Below are positions 7,735-18,000 of a DNA stretch of 40,056 nt, one piece after another. The notes beneath the pieces are model-generated. The model was not told where the DNA came from, did not search any database, and saw only the letters and a list, made by a program, of their open reading frames with translations. Made by a program: the position numbers and the translations under genes. The first letter of the stretch is position 1, and each line of letters opens with the position of its first letter. This DNA comes from Pseudomonadota bacterium (GTDB lineage Bacteria; Bdellovibrionota_B; Oligoflexia; Oligoflexales; CAIYRB01): assembly GCA_031416315.1 (NCBI GenBank), contig JANOTL010000118.1:1-40056 (forward strand), in the 5' to 3' direction.

Positions 7735-9777
7735 CTAAAGCCCCTGCAAGGCGACGGCGCCTTCGCCCTTTTGCCGCAGGCTGAAGACGCGCTGCACGAG
7801 ATCGTAGGCGAGGCGAAAGGAGGGCTCGTGATCGGAGAGCTCGACCAGCGCGCGAAGGGCTTCGGCGTATTGCCCGAGCTGAAAATTGCGCAATGCGAAC
7901 ATCGAGCGCAGCGCTTGGTCCTGCATGTGCGGCGAGCCGGTCTGGGTCAGCGCGTTGAGGAGGTGGACCGGCTCGAAGCCCTGCTTCGCCTTCGCATCGG
8001 GCGAAGCCGCCATGAGCGCGAAGACGAGGCATTGCGTCTTCGCGAGGTCCCACGCGGCGACCGGCTTCAAGAGCGACTTGGCGTTGACGCTCTTCTCGCC
8101 GTCGAGGAGGAGGCGCTGGTGCGCCGCGAAGGCGCGGACGTCGTCGATATCGATCGGACAGCTCGGGATCGGTTGTTTATAGAACTCGGCCAGCCGGTCC
8201 CAGTGCCCGCGCAAGGGATCGCGGAAGGTCGGAGCGAGCGCGGTCGGGTCGCCCGCGGCCTCCGAGAAGGGCGAGGCCGCCCCCAAGCGCGTGGCGTGGT
8301 CCTTCAGGAGGGCTTCGACGTGGGCGCGGTCGGGCGCGCCCTGCTCCTTGGCGCGCATCGCGGCCAGGGCGAAGGCGGCGCGACGGCCTAAGGCCTCGAC
8401 CTCCGGCGTCCGCATCGCGGCGTCGCGGGTCTCCTCAGGCACGGCGGCGAGGACGGATTCGTACTCGGCGAGGAAGGCCGCCGAGACGAGGTAGCTCGTG
8501 GCCCAGCCGGATTGCGGCGTCGGCTTGGCGAGTGGCGTGGTGGTGGCGCGGGCGGCGGGGGCCGCGAATGATGCCGCAGCGAAAACTAAAAATGGTGCCC
8601 AAGCTCGGCGCGCTCCGCTCCTCGGCGCTCCGGCGATCGTCCGTTTCCGGCCGGAAGATCGCTGAAGCGCCGAGGGGCGGAGGACGCAGAAGGGGGCCAA
8701 CAAGGCCAGGACCAGGGCTAGCGCGTGGCTCCTGGCAGGGTGTTCTGCGACGACGCCGCAGCGTTTCTTCACGTTCTCGGCCACGGTCTGCGTCCTCCCC
8801 TTCAGCTCGCCGCCTTCGGCTTTTGTCGACGCGACGGCGTCCGCGCTCTGCCGGCGTGCCTCGATCTGTTTCATCTCGTCTTCGACGGTGCCGTTGAGAA
8901 AGGCGAGCACGTACCGCGCACGCGTCGCGACGTTGTCGGTGCGGACGCCGTCGTCGTAAGAGATCTTGATGCCACCCCAGTTCACGCCCAAGAGCTTCCC
9001 GGTCTTCGCGTCGATCAAGCCGGAGCCCGAAGAGCCGTGGATGAGGTCGCAGGTGTGGCGGAAGCTGAACGGCAAGGTGCGATCGAGGTCCCACTCGCTG
9101 ACGGCGAAAGGGCCGACGACCTTGCAGTCGTTGAGCGTCGCCGCGGCGGTGGGGAGCTTCGGGCCACCGTCGGGCGGCACCTCCATCTCGGCATCGACGT
9201 CGGGATAATGAACGATCAGCGCCGCGCGATTCTCGAGGCCGTCCTCTTTCTCGTTGATCACGATCGGGCGGTGCTTTTCCGGCGGCTTCGACGCCAGGGT
9301 GAAGACGGAAAGATCGCCGTCGAAATTGGTGCGCAGGGAGCCCGGCTTGCAGGCGACCGGCGTCGCCTCGCCGGCTTGGCCGCGCAAAAAGCCGAAGTAG
9401 GCGGTCGTGCCCTTGCACGCCTCTGGGATCATCGCCTGCGTCGCCTTGCCGTCGGCGTCGGCGACCGCGAAGCAATGATGATTCGACAGCACGCGGTAGC
9501 CGTCAGCGCCGGTCTCCGGCCCGATCAAGGTGCCAGAGCAGAATTTTACGCGCTTACTCTCGAGGCGCGTCGCGATCATCACCGAGGCGTTTAGGACGTC
9601 GGGGTCGATTTTCTCGACGGTGGGCTTGTCGATCGAGATGATGTCGACCGTGGGACCGACGACGTAAGCCGTCGTCGAGACCTGGAAGCCCTGCTTACAG
9701 CCGGACGCCGCGAGGCCGCCGCAAAGGGCGAGGCTCGCGGCGGCGCGGACGCGGGGTAGAGAAAGGCTTAGGCTCAT
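7735..9777 (-). CDS. Trypsin-like serine protease lipoprotein fused, through two hydrophobic segments, to a C-terminal helical/TPR-like domain
   Basis: Lipobox ASGC; FCSGTLI, SNHHC (His), DLSVF (Asp), HTCD..GSSGSG (Ser); CGVV plus TM segment; second signal-like segment; TPR-like tail. Confidence 0.82.
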   Translation of the reverse strand: MSLSLSLPRVRAAASLALCGGLAASGCKQGFQVSTTAYVVGPTVDIISIDKPTVEKIDPDVLNASVMIATRLESKRVKFCSGTLIGPETGADGYRVLSNHHCFAVADADGKATQAMIPEACKGTTAYFGFLRGQAGEATPVACKPGSLRTNFDGDLSVFTLASKPPEKHRPIVINEKEDGLENRAALIVHYPDVDAEMEVPPDGGPKLPTAAATLNDCKVVGPFAVSEWDLDRTLPFSFRHTCDLIHGSSGSGLIDAKTGKLLGVNWGGIKISYDDGVRTDNVATRARYVLAFLNGTVEDEMKQIEARRQSADAVASTKAEGGELKGRTQTVAENVKKRCGVVAEHPARSHALALVLALLAPFCVLRPSALQRSSGRKRTIAGAPRSGARRAWAPFLVFAAASFAAPAARATTTPLAKPTPQSGWATSYLVSAAFLAEYESVLAAVPEETRDAAMRTPEVEALGRRAAFALAAMRAKEQGAPDRAHVEALLKDHATRLGAASPFSEAAGDPTALAPTFRDPLRGHWDRLAEFYKQPIPSCPIDIDDVRAFAAHQRLLLDGEKSVNAKSLLKPVAAWDLAKTQCLVFALMAASPDAKAKQGFEPVHLLNALTQTGSPHMQDQALRSMFALRNFQLGQYAEALRALVELSDHEPSFRLAYDLVQRVFSLRQKGEGAVALQGL

Positions 9778-9784
9778 TTACCTT

Positions 9785-9814
9785 ATTGTAGCCGATCGGA
9801 CACCGCCGCGTAAA
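9785..9814 (-). promoter_or_regulatory. sigma70-type promoter, probably leaderless, for the protease gene
   Basis: TTTACG-N18-TACAAT, then 7 nt to ATG 9777. Confidence 0.5.
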
Positions 9815-9827
9815 ACCATGATTTTCC

Positions 9828-10796
9828 TTACTCTTCGACCGAGTCCGCGTCCATCGTCGTCAGCATGAGCTCGGCGTCCTTGGCGTCATTTTCGTCGGCG
9901 ACCTCGAGGCGGTCGCTGGGCGCCATCGTGCCTTTCGACGAGCGGAGGACCGAGTGCGCACGCTCGCGGGTCGCGGTGTCTTTGATCGACGAGTCGGCGA
10001 GGAGCTGGTTCAAGTAGGCTTCGGCGCGCTTCGAGTCGCCCAGGCCGTTCTTGTGAACGAGGGCGATCTGGTAAAGCGCGGCGGAGTGGTGCGCATTGCG
10101 AGCGAGGACCTTCTCGAAGGCGCCTTTGGCGGCGACGAAGCCGCCGGAGCGCGAGGACGCGATGCCGAAGCCCATCAGCGCGGCGGTGCAGTCGCCGCAA
10201 CGATTCGCGACCTGCCCGAAGGTCTTGGCGGCCGCTCCAGCGTTGCCGAGCTCGAGCTGCAGGGAAGCGAGGTTCATGCCGGGCGCGATCTGCTTCTCGT
10301 CGGCGGCGAAGGCGGCCTCGAAGTAGGCGACCGCCTTGCGGAAGTCGGCCATGCGCGCTTTGGGGGTCAGCATCGTCGCGACGCCTTTGACGTTCAGCGC
10401 GGCGGCGTGGCCCGGCGAGGCTTTGTCGACGAGGCCGGCGTAATAGGCAGCGAGGTCGTAGTTCTTGGTCATGATCAGAGCGTTCGCCATCAGGATCATC
10501 GCTTCAACGTCGCCTGGCTTCTTGGCGAGCTGGCCACGGGCGAGCTCGAGCGCGGCTTGCGCCTCACCCGTCGCGAGGGCGCCGCTCATGCGCGGAAGGA
10601 GCGCCTTCTTCTGGCGCAGGTCGAGGAAGTAGCGACGCTCGTGGCCCGAGACGATCGGCTCGCGCCGGCCGGTTTGGGTGACGACGACGCTCTTCTTGTC
10701 GCCCGAAAGCGTCTCGGCGTTGTTGCCCAGGGTGGTGCAGGCGCTCGACAGAGCTGCCAGTAGGATGATTCCGACGGTGTTTTTCAGCTTCAACAT
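9828..10796 (-). CDS. TPR lipoprotein, GltE/AglT-like
   Basis: Start reset to ATG 10796 (GGAG RBS); lipobox SSAC; several TPR units; lies directly after a GltD-like gene. Confidence 0.75.
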   Translation of the reverse strand: MLKLKNTVGIILLAALSSACTTLGNNAETLSGDKKSVVVTQTGRREPIVSGHERRYFLDLRQKKALLPRMSGALATGEAQAALELARGQLAKKPGDVEAMILMANALIMTKNYDLAAYYAGLVDKASPGHAAALNVKGVATMLTPKARMADFRKAVAYFEAAFAADEKQIAPGMNLASLQLELGNAGAAAKTFGQVANRCGDCTAALMGFGIASSRSGGFVAAKGAFEKVLARNAHHSAALYQIALVHKNGLGDSKRAEAYLNQLLADSSIKDTATRERAHSVLRSSKGTMAPSDRLEVADENDAKDAELMLTTMDADSVEE

Positions 10797-10819
10797 GATG
10801 ATCTCCGCTCCCGGTGGTA

Positions 10820-13800
10820 TTAGCGCGTGGTCCATTGCACGAATCCGTTGCCCGCTTCGCCGCTGACGCGCTCGAAGTTCCAGTCCGACGCGTTCTGCCA
10901 AAGAACCGCCTGCGTCCACTCGGGATCGGTGAAGCCCTGTTTCACGGTCGAGACGGCCTTGGAGTCGGCGATCTGCACGACGCGGGTCGCTTCGTTCTGA
11001 ACGTGCTGCTTGCGGGCCTTGAACTTGTCGACGACGTTCTTGGCGAGCTGCTCTTGGATCTCGACGTCGTCGAGCGACTTGGAGAACTCCTCGGCGAGGC
11101 GCGCCAGGCGATGCATCGCGGGGGCGCAGAAGCTGGACTGGCCGGCGTCGCAGACGGCGTTGAAAGCGGTGCGGGCGCCGTTGAAGGCGGCGTAACGCTT
11201 CTCGATCGTCTCGTTCGGGTCTTTCAGGGCCAGGTTGAAGAACTTCTTCAGAACCGTGTAGCTGGCGGCGCTGGCGATGTAGAAGCGGATCTCGCCCAAG
11301 GTCTCTTGCGACTCGATCGAGCCGGAGCCGATGCCCTGGACTTGCGCTTCGAGCTGCTTCAGCTCGACGGCTTTGCCGGCTTTGGCGAAGGCGCGGGCCT
11401 TGACGCCGAAGGCTTGCGCCTTTGCGGCCTCGGGGGCGTCGGACGCTTTGATCAGGAGGTCGGCGGCGCGCTCGGCCCGGGCGACGGCGCCGTGACGCTC
11501 TTCGAGCTGCATGATGCTGACGAGGGCGTCGGCTTTCTTCTCGGCGCCGGCGCTCGGCGATTTCACAGTCTGGTCGAGGGTCGAGATCGCTTCGGCGTAG
11601 AGGCCGCGGCCCAGGTAGAGGGACGTCAGGCCGTCACGCACGCGGCCCGCTTCGGAGTCGGCGTTGAAGTTGTTGACGAAGCGCTGCCAGAAGAAGATAG
11701 CGTTCTCCTCGTAGGCCATGGGCGCCGACCAGTCGCCGCCGTTGAGGAGCGCTTGGCGGTAGAACTTCGAGCTCGGGTAGCGCTCGGTGAAGGAGATCAG
11801 GGTCTCGATCGAGGACTTGTGCTGGCCGTCGCCGCGGAAGGCGGAGGCGAGGAGGAAGAAGCCTTCGTCGTGGCGCTTGGAGGCCGCGTGGTCCTTCACG
11901 AACTCTTTCAGCTTGGCGACGGCGACTTTGAACTTCGCCTCGTCCATCGCGTCCTTGCCGCCTTCGAGGAGGGCCAGGCCGAGCAACTGCATCGCGTCGA
12001 CGCGGCTGCCTTTGAAGACGGCGGCGACCTCTCGCTTGAGGACGATGCGGGAGACGGACTCGAGCGCGGCCCATTCGCCGGCTTTTTCGTAGGCGGTGAG
12101 CATCCAGCCCGCCGCGTTCGCCGCGTGCGTGCCCTGGCCGTCAACTTTGAGGGCCACGGTCCAACCTTTGAAGGCGAGGTCCACTTGGTTCAGCGAGACT
12201 TGCAGGAGGCCGGTCTGCGCCAGCATCGGCCACGAGGCCTTTTTGCCGCCTTCGGCGCCGAGCTTCACGTAGAGGTCGAGGAGTTGGCTGCGCTCGTTCT
12301 CGTCGCCGGCCTTGTAGCCGCCCCAGGGAGCTTCTTTCGGCCAGGATGCGAGGATGGATTGCGAGTCGACGGCCGAGGCGAGGTAGTGCTTCGCGTTCGT
12401 CTTGCTCTCTTCGGCGAGCTCTTTGAAGAGCGCGACCGCTTCACGATGTTGGCCGTTCAGCGCGTAGAGCGAGCCGACTTTGGCGCGTACGTTCTCTTGC
12501 TTGGCGGCGTCGTCGATTGAGAGGACGTAGGCGTCGGCCATCGCGATGGCGGTCGAGCGCTCGGCCTTGGAGACTGAGGGCGACGACGCGCGGGCAATCT
12601 CGCCCATCACGAGCTCTCCGTGCCGGCGCGAGATCTCGGCCGCGACGACTTTGACTTGGGCTTCTTTGCCTTCGCCCAGCGCTTGCGGGTCGAGGTAGGA
12701 TTTCTCGGCGCGGATCAGGGCTTGCTCGTAGCCGCGGACGTTGCCGTCGGCGCGGCGGAGGTCCAAGGCGCGGAGGTCGAGCTCGGCTTTCTCGCCGCGG
12801 CCGGCGAACGCGCTGGCGAGGTTTTCGTAACGCTTGATGGAGCCGGCGCGGTCACCCTTCGCCCATGCGGCGAGAGCGATGCGCTCGGAGATGGCTTGCG
12901 CCGCGACGGTGTCCGAGAACGCTTTCAGCGAGAAAGGCGCTTTGTCCCAGGCGAAGCGGCCGGCTTCCGCGGTCTGCCAGACGCCGAGGGAGAATTTCAG
13001 GACCGAGGTCTTCGCGGCTTCCGAGAGGCCGGCCGACTTGGCGACGGCGGCGGAGAGGTGCGTGCGATACGAAGCGTCGTGGGCGCGGGCGGCGGCGCGG
13101 GCCGCGGTCAGGCGTACGCCGATTTGGGCTTCGGCCGACAGGCCTTTCGCGAGGCCGGCGACCTCTTTCAAGGCCTTCTTCGAGCCGGCATCGACTTCGA
13201 CGAGGACGAGGGCGAGGCGGGCGCGGGATTTCATCGCGGCCGGGAGCTTACCGTCGGCCAGCTTCGCCATGGCGGCGGCGGTGGCGCCGCGGTTCTTGCC
13301 GGCGGCGAAGTCGAGGGATAGCGCGTGGTACCGAGCTTTGGCGCGGACGCCTTCGTCGTTGGTGAGCTTTTGCAGCGCGTTGGCGTGCGTGACAGCGACG
13401 TTGCGCATCGCGTCGAAATTTGCGCGGGCTTTGCTGCGGTCGCCTTCGAGGCGGCCAGAAAGGACGTCTTCGAAGTAGTAAGCGAGGACGGTGGCGTTCT
13501 CGACGGCTTGCTCGCTGAGCTCGAGGGCGCGGCCGCCTTGCGAGCGGGATAGGTCGCCGCGGATCTCTTTCAGCTCTTGGGCGAGGCGCGTGGCGCCTTC
13601 TTCGTCTTCGGGACGGCGTTGCGCCAGGTCGGCGTCGCGGAGCGCGGCGGCGAAGAAGGGCGCTTGGCCTTTCGCGTCGGCGCTGAGCGGGAGGATCGGC
13701 GAGGTGAGGCTGCGCGTCTGCGCTTTAAGCTCGAGCGTCGCGAAGGGCGACGGCGTCGAGAACGGCGCCCTGGCGTCGACAGCGACGTAGCCGGCGCTGG

Positions 13801-13861
13801 CACCGAGGGCCAAGGCTGCGGTGAGGAGCCACTTCAGGGTCGAACGGCGTTGAGATTCCAC
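10820..13861 (-). CDS. Large exported TPR protein, GltD/AgmU-like
   Basis: About 1000 aa and all-helical, with a signal peptide and YbgF-like TPRs (FVKDHAASKRHDEG, FTERYPSSKFYRQAL). The C-terminal APAMHRLARLAEEF...PEWT resembles AgmU-family termini (from recall). Confidence 0.72.
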   Translation of the reverse strand: MESQRRSTLKWLLTAALALGASAGYVAVDARAPFSTPSPFATLELKAQTRSLTSPILPLSADAKGQAPFFAAALRDADLAQRRPEDEEGATRLAQELKEIRGDLSRSQGGRALELSEQAVENATVLAYYFEDVLSGRLEGDRSKARANFDAMRNVAVTHANALQKLTNDEGVRAKARYHALSLDFAAGKNRGATAAAMAKLADGKLPAAMKSRARLALVLVEVDAGSKKALKEVAGLAKGLSAEAQIGVRLTAARAAARAHDASYRTHLSAAVAKSAGLSEAAKTSVLKFSLGVWQTAEAGRFAWDKAPFSLKAFSDTVAAQAISERIALAAWAKGDRAGSIKRYENLASAFAGRGEKAELDLRALDLRRADGNVRGYEQALIRAEKSYLDPQALGEGKEAQVKVVAAEISRRHGELVMGEIARASSPSVSKAERSTAIAMADAYVLSIDDAAKQENVRAKVGSLYALNGQHREAVALFKELAEESKTNAKHYLASAVDSQSILASWPKEAPWGGYKAGDENERSQLLDLYVKLGAEGGKKASWPMLAQTGLLQVSLNQVDLAFKGWTVALKVDGQGTHAANAAGWMLTAYEKAGEWAALESVSRIVLKREVAAVFKGSRVDAMQLLGLALLEGGKDAMDEAKFKVAVAKLKEFVKDHAASKRHDEGFFLLASAFRGDGQHKSSIETLISFTERYPSSKFYRQALLNGGDWSAPMAYEENAIFFWQRFVNNFNADSEAGRVRDGLTSLYLGRGLYAEAISTLDQTVKSPSAGAEKKADALVSIMQLEERHGAVARAERAADLLIKASDAPEAAKAQAFGVKARAFAKAGKAVELKQLEAQVQGIGSGSIESQETLGEIRFYIASAASYTVLKKFFNLALKDPNETIEKRYAAFNGARTAFNAVCDAGQSSFCAPAMHRLARLAEEFSKSLDDVEIQEQLAKNVVDKFKARKQHVQNEATRVVQIADSKAVSTVKQGFTDPEWTQAVLWQNASDWNFERVSGEAGNGFVQWTTR

Positions 13862-13951
13862 TTGAGCACTCCACTTGGTTCCGATCCGGTTTCCCGCTGG
13901 CGTTGGTGCAAGGAGCGTGCGGGGACGAATGAGGAGTGGAGTCGGGGGCTT

Positions 13952-13984
13952 GAAAAGGAAGAGCGCGCCTAGAAGAGGCGCGCT
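13952..13984 (-). terminator. Intrinsic terminator after the 14022..14870 gene
   Basis: AGCGCGCCT-CTTCT-AGGCGCGCT followed by CTTCCTTTT on the minus strand. Confidence 0.55.
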
Positions 13985-14021
13985 GCGTCGAAAAATTGGT
14001 CACTCTGCCCGGCCGGCAGGT

Positions 14022-14870
14022 TTACGGGCGGGCGCCGACGCGGCCCGGCTTGATGGGCTTGTCGGCAGAGATCTTCACGAGGCCGACGATGTAGTCGTCA
14101 TGATCGTTCGGCGTGTCGCGGTTTTCGGCGCCGGCGGCGCGGGACTCGACGAGGATGGTGTATTTGCCCTTGTTCAGCGTCCTCGCCTGGAAAGTCGCGG
14201 TCGTCTGAGCCTTGCTGATGGGGAGCTGCTCGAGGTTCGAGGCCGCGTTCTGCAGGAAGACCGAGTTCGACTCGTTGTAGTCGACGCCGCAGATCTTGCC
14301 GATGGAAGCGTTGATCGTGGTGGCGTCGCCAAGGACCTCGAACTCGAAGAAGTAGCGCGTGCCCTTCAGGCGATAAGAGTCGATTTCCGCGGCGCATTCG
14401 GAGGTCGAGGCAAACTCGCCGTCACCGATGTGGAAGACCTTGTTGCCGCCGAAGATGACTTCGTTCTCGTTCGGCTGGTCGATTTGCACGTCGGTGAGAA
14501 CTTTGAGCAGGCCGCCGATGATGTCGATGAAGGACGGGCCCGAGCCGGTGTCGATGTCGCTGCCGACGCCCGGGGGGTTCGGACCGGGCGTCGGGTCCGG
14601 GGGGAACTCGATCGGCGGCTCGGTGATGACGGGCGGCTGGCCCGGCACCTGCGGCTGCGGGTTCGGATTGGGCGTATTCGGGGCCGGAGTCGTCGGTTTC
14701 GGGCTCGGCGCCGGCGTTGCGGGAGGCGAAGGCTGGCCCGGGACGACCGGGGCCGCGGGCTGCGGCAGTCCCGTGCGCTTCTTGGCGGTGCCGGTGAGCT
14801 CGGCGTTGTTGCAGGCGGCGGCGGAGAAAACCGCGATCATGGCTGTGGCAGCGATCAGGGAACGCAGCAT
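14022..14870 (-). CDS. Lipoprotein with Pro-rich stalk and small C-terminal beta domain
   Basis: Start reset to ATG 14870 (GGAGGA RBS); lipobox AAAC; long Pro-rich linker; two Cys in the C-terminal domain. Confidence 0.82.
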   Translation of the reverse strand: MLRSLIAATAMIAVFSAAACNNAELTGTAKKRTGLPQPAAPVVPGQPSPPATPAPSPKPTTPAPNTPNPNPQPQVPGQPPVITEPPIEFPPDPTPGPNPPGVGSDIDTGSGPSFIDIIGGLLKVLTDVQIDQPNENEVIFGGNKVFHIGDGEFASTSECAAEIDSYRLKGTRYFFEFEVLGDATTINASIGKICGVDYNESNSVFLQNAASNLEQLPISKAQTTATFQARTLNKGKYTILVESRAAGAENRDTPNDHDDYIVGLVKISADKPIKPGRVGARP

Positions 14871-14922
14871 TTCGGGAATCCTCCAGGAGCGCGGAGCGCG
14901 CGGACAAGCTTCGGTGTCTGCC

Positions 14923-14949
14923 TTATCGGCGGAAATCGGCAAAACTTGA
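14923..14949 (-). promoter_or_regulatory. sigma28 (FliA)-type promoter
   Basis: TCAAGTTT-N11-GCCGATAA, one mismatch from the consensus TAAAGTTT-N11-GCCGATAA. Confidence 0.75.
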
Positions 14950-15016
14950 GGGGGTGGCAGTTCACGCAAAGGACCCCGGCACTTACCGCCACATTTTGCA
15001 GGCGCGCGATTCCCGG

Positions 15017-15043
15017 TCAAGCCCGGGCGGGGAATGCCGATCC
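15017..15043 (+). promoter_or_regulatory. sigma28 (FliA)-type promoter
   Basis: TCAAG-N14-GCCGATCC just upstream of ATG 15048/15054. Confidence 0.6.
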
Positions 15044-15053
15044 ATATATGGAT

Positions 15054-18000
15054 ATGAGATCACCTCGCCCGCACATTCTGCAACTCTTCGGCCTCGTCCT
15101 GGCACTCGGCTTCGCCGCTTGCAACGAGCCCGTCGTCACGCGCGGCGCGACCGGACGCAAGCAGACCGCCAAGACGGAGACGATCGGCGCGACCGCCATC
15201 AAGGGAACCTTGGCGCTCGAGTCAGATCCGACGAACGCCGCAGCCCTGAGCTTCGCCGGCGCGACCATCGTCGTCTCCGGGAAGCCTTCGCTGCAAGCGA
15301 CGGCCGATGCGGCCGGCGCGTTCACCCTGACGATCGAGGCGGCGCCGCCACCGTCGGCGACGCCCGTGAAAGCGGCCGTCGGCGGCTTCGGGCTCGCGGA
15401 CACGGCCTCGACGGATGCCGCGAAAGCCGCCGCAGCTGCTGCGGCACAGACGACGAACTACACCTTGTACGCTTTCGCGACTTTGAACGGCGCGCCGTAT
15501 GCGGGGCTTTCCGCGGACGTGCCGGTGAAGAAGGGTGAGTCGACGACGATCGGCGCCTTGCAGCTGAAGCCGACGGGCTTCGTCAAGGGCAGAGTCCTCC
15601 TCGACGGCCAGGTCGACTTCGCCGGGACCGCCGTCAGCCTGCCGCTCGCGGCGCTTTCGGCGAAGACCGACAACCTCGGCAACTTCGTGATCGCCGGCGT
15701 TCCGGACGGCGCATGGCAGGTACGCTACGAGCACCCCGGCTACCTCACGCAGGATTCGGCGTCGATCGCCGTGACGACGGGCAAGGCGACGGAGCTCGCG
15801 GTCGTCACGCTCTTCTCGGCTACGGGCACCTCAGCGGTCGTCGTCGTGAACGGCGGGCTCGAGCTGTCGCCGACGCGGGCGGTCGCGGTCCACGTCGAGC
15901 CGTCGCCGACCGCGACCTTGATGATGACGGCCGAAGACGAAGCGTTCACCGGGGCCGAATGGCGCCCCCTGCAAAAAGACTTCGTGCACACGCTCGCCGG
16001 TGACGGCAAGCGGACTCTCTACGTGAAGGTCGCGGACGACGCGGGCACTGCGAGCCCGGTCTATCAGGCGGCGGTCTGGGTTTCCGATCGCGACAAAGAC
16101 GTGAAGCTCGACGCCGAGGACTGCGCTCCCGACGATCCGACCCTCACGCAAAAGTCGCCGTACTCGCTCCGCGACGCCGACGCGGACGGCAAGTTCATCG
16201 CGCAGGCAGGCGAGGTTTGCGCGGGCACGGCCCTGCCGACCGGCTACCTCGCGGCGCCGACGTCCGACGAGCGTGACTGCAACGACGACGACGCTACGGT
16301 GTGGGTGATCGGCGCCGCGGCGACCGATTTCGATGGCGACGGCCGCGGCGGCGCGCAGGTCTACGTCTGCATGGGGGCGACCCCGCCCGCGGGCCACGTG
16401 GCCGCCGTGGACGACTGCGACGACACGAATCCCGAGGCCTGGAAGCTCGTGCAAGCTTTCGAAGACGTCGACCAAGACACGAAGGGCGAGGGCGAAAGCG
16501 CCGCGCTATGCGCCGCGGACGAGCTCTCCGCCGGCAAAGTCTTGGTCGGCGGCGACGAGTTCCCGAAAGACCAAGCCCGCAGCGCCTATCTCGGCACCCT
16601 AAGCTGGGGCGGCAACTCCTCGGACCAGAGCCACGCCATGGCGCGCCTCCCGACCGGCGACCTGCTCCTCCTCGGCAGCTACGCGGCGACGGATGCGAGC
16701 GGGGTCGACCTCGACTGGACGACGGGCACGAACGTGAAGACGAAACTCGTTGGCGGCCGCAACGTCTACGTTTCCCGAATGGGCGACGACGGAACTTACG
16801 CTTGGTCGGCGCAGTGGGACGGCGGCGCGACGGAGCTGGAAGGCTTCGGCGTCGCCAGTGACTCCGCCGGCGGCGTTTACGCCGTCGGCACTTACGAAGG
16901 CACCCTCGACTTTGATCCGGGCGCCGGCACGTCGAACGAGACCTCGAACCTCGTTGGCACGACGGGCGACGCCTTCGTGGTCAAGCTCACGGGCGGCGGC
17001 GCTTTCGACTCCGTCATCACGTTTGGCGGCGAGCCCGAGGGCGCGCTGACGAAACGCTTCCAGCCGCGGCGCATCATCGTCGACGCGAACGACAACATCT
17101 ACGTCGCGGGCGTCTATCCGGACGCGACCGCCTTGGATCCGCAGCTCTTGGGCGACGTGCCGGTCTCGGTCGGCGCCACGGACGACGGCTGGGTCGGCTT
17201 CCTCCTCAAGCTCGACACGTCGCTCAGTAAGGTCTGGGTGCACACGTGGGGCCTAGGCGTCGAGCACGACGTCACGGGGCTCGCGGTCGACGGCGATGGC
17301 AACGTCTTCGTCGCCGGTCATTTCCGCGGCACCGCCGACTTCGACTGGGGCGCGCCGACGGATACGATCACGAGCACGAGCGGGCGCGATGCCTACGTCA
17401 TGAAGGTGGCGGGCGACGGCGTCGGAACCTATCAGTGGACCAAGCGCTTGACCCCGGTCGGCGGCGGCACGGTGCGCATCCGGGCGCTCGCGGCCGATGC
17501 CGACGCGGACGTCGCGGTCGCGGGCGGCTTCGTCGGCGACGTCGACTTCGACCCCAGCGGCAGCGTGGACGCGCGCCACAGCGTCGATCCGGCGACGGAC
17601 GATCTCTTCGTCGTCAAGCTCGGGGCAACGGGCAACAAGAAGTGGATCTACACCGCGGGCGGCTCTTACCACGACCGGGCCACGAGCTTGACCATCGACG
17701 CGCAGAACGCGGTCTTCGTCGGCGGCGAGGTCGGCTACGGCGACGCACCCAATAGCGGCGGCGCGATCGACTTCGACCCCGAGGCGGCGGTCGACGCGCG
17801 CGCGACGAGATCCGACGGCGACGCGCTGGCTTTGAAGCTCGGCGCCGACGGCAGCTACAAATGGGCGAAGACCGTGGGCGCGGCGAGCGTCGCGGCGCAC
17901 ACCTGCGACGACCGGATCGACGCCCTCAGCTTCGACGTCACGGACGGCGAGGACGTGCGGGCCTTCGGCCGCTTCGGCTGCTCGACCGACTTTGACTTCT

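Noticed and set aside
13907..13922. sigma54-like CCGCACG-N4-TTGCA upstream of the GltD-like gene
   Set aside because: Lacks the invariant GG at -25/-24.
13875..15047. N-terminal ~390 aa of the 1396-aa track ORF
   Set aside because: Antisense shadow of the 14022..14870 lipoprotein plus intergenic DNA; the promoter and lipobox place the start at 15048/15054.
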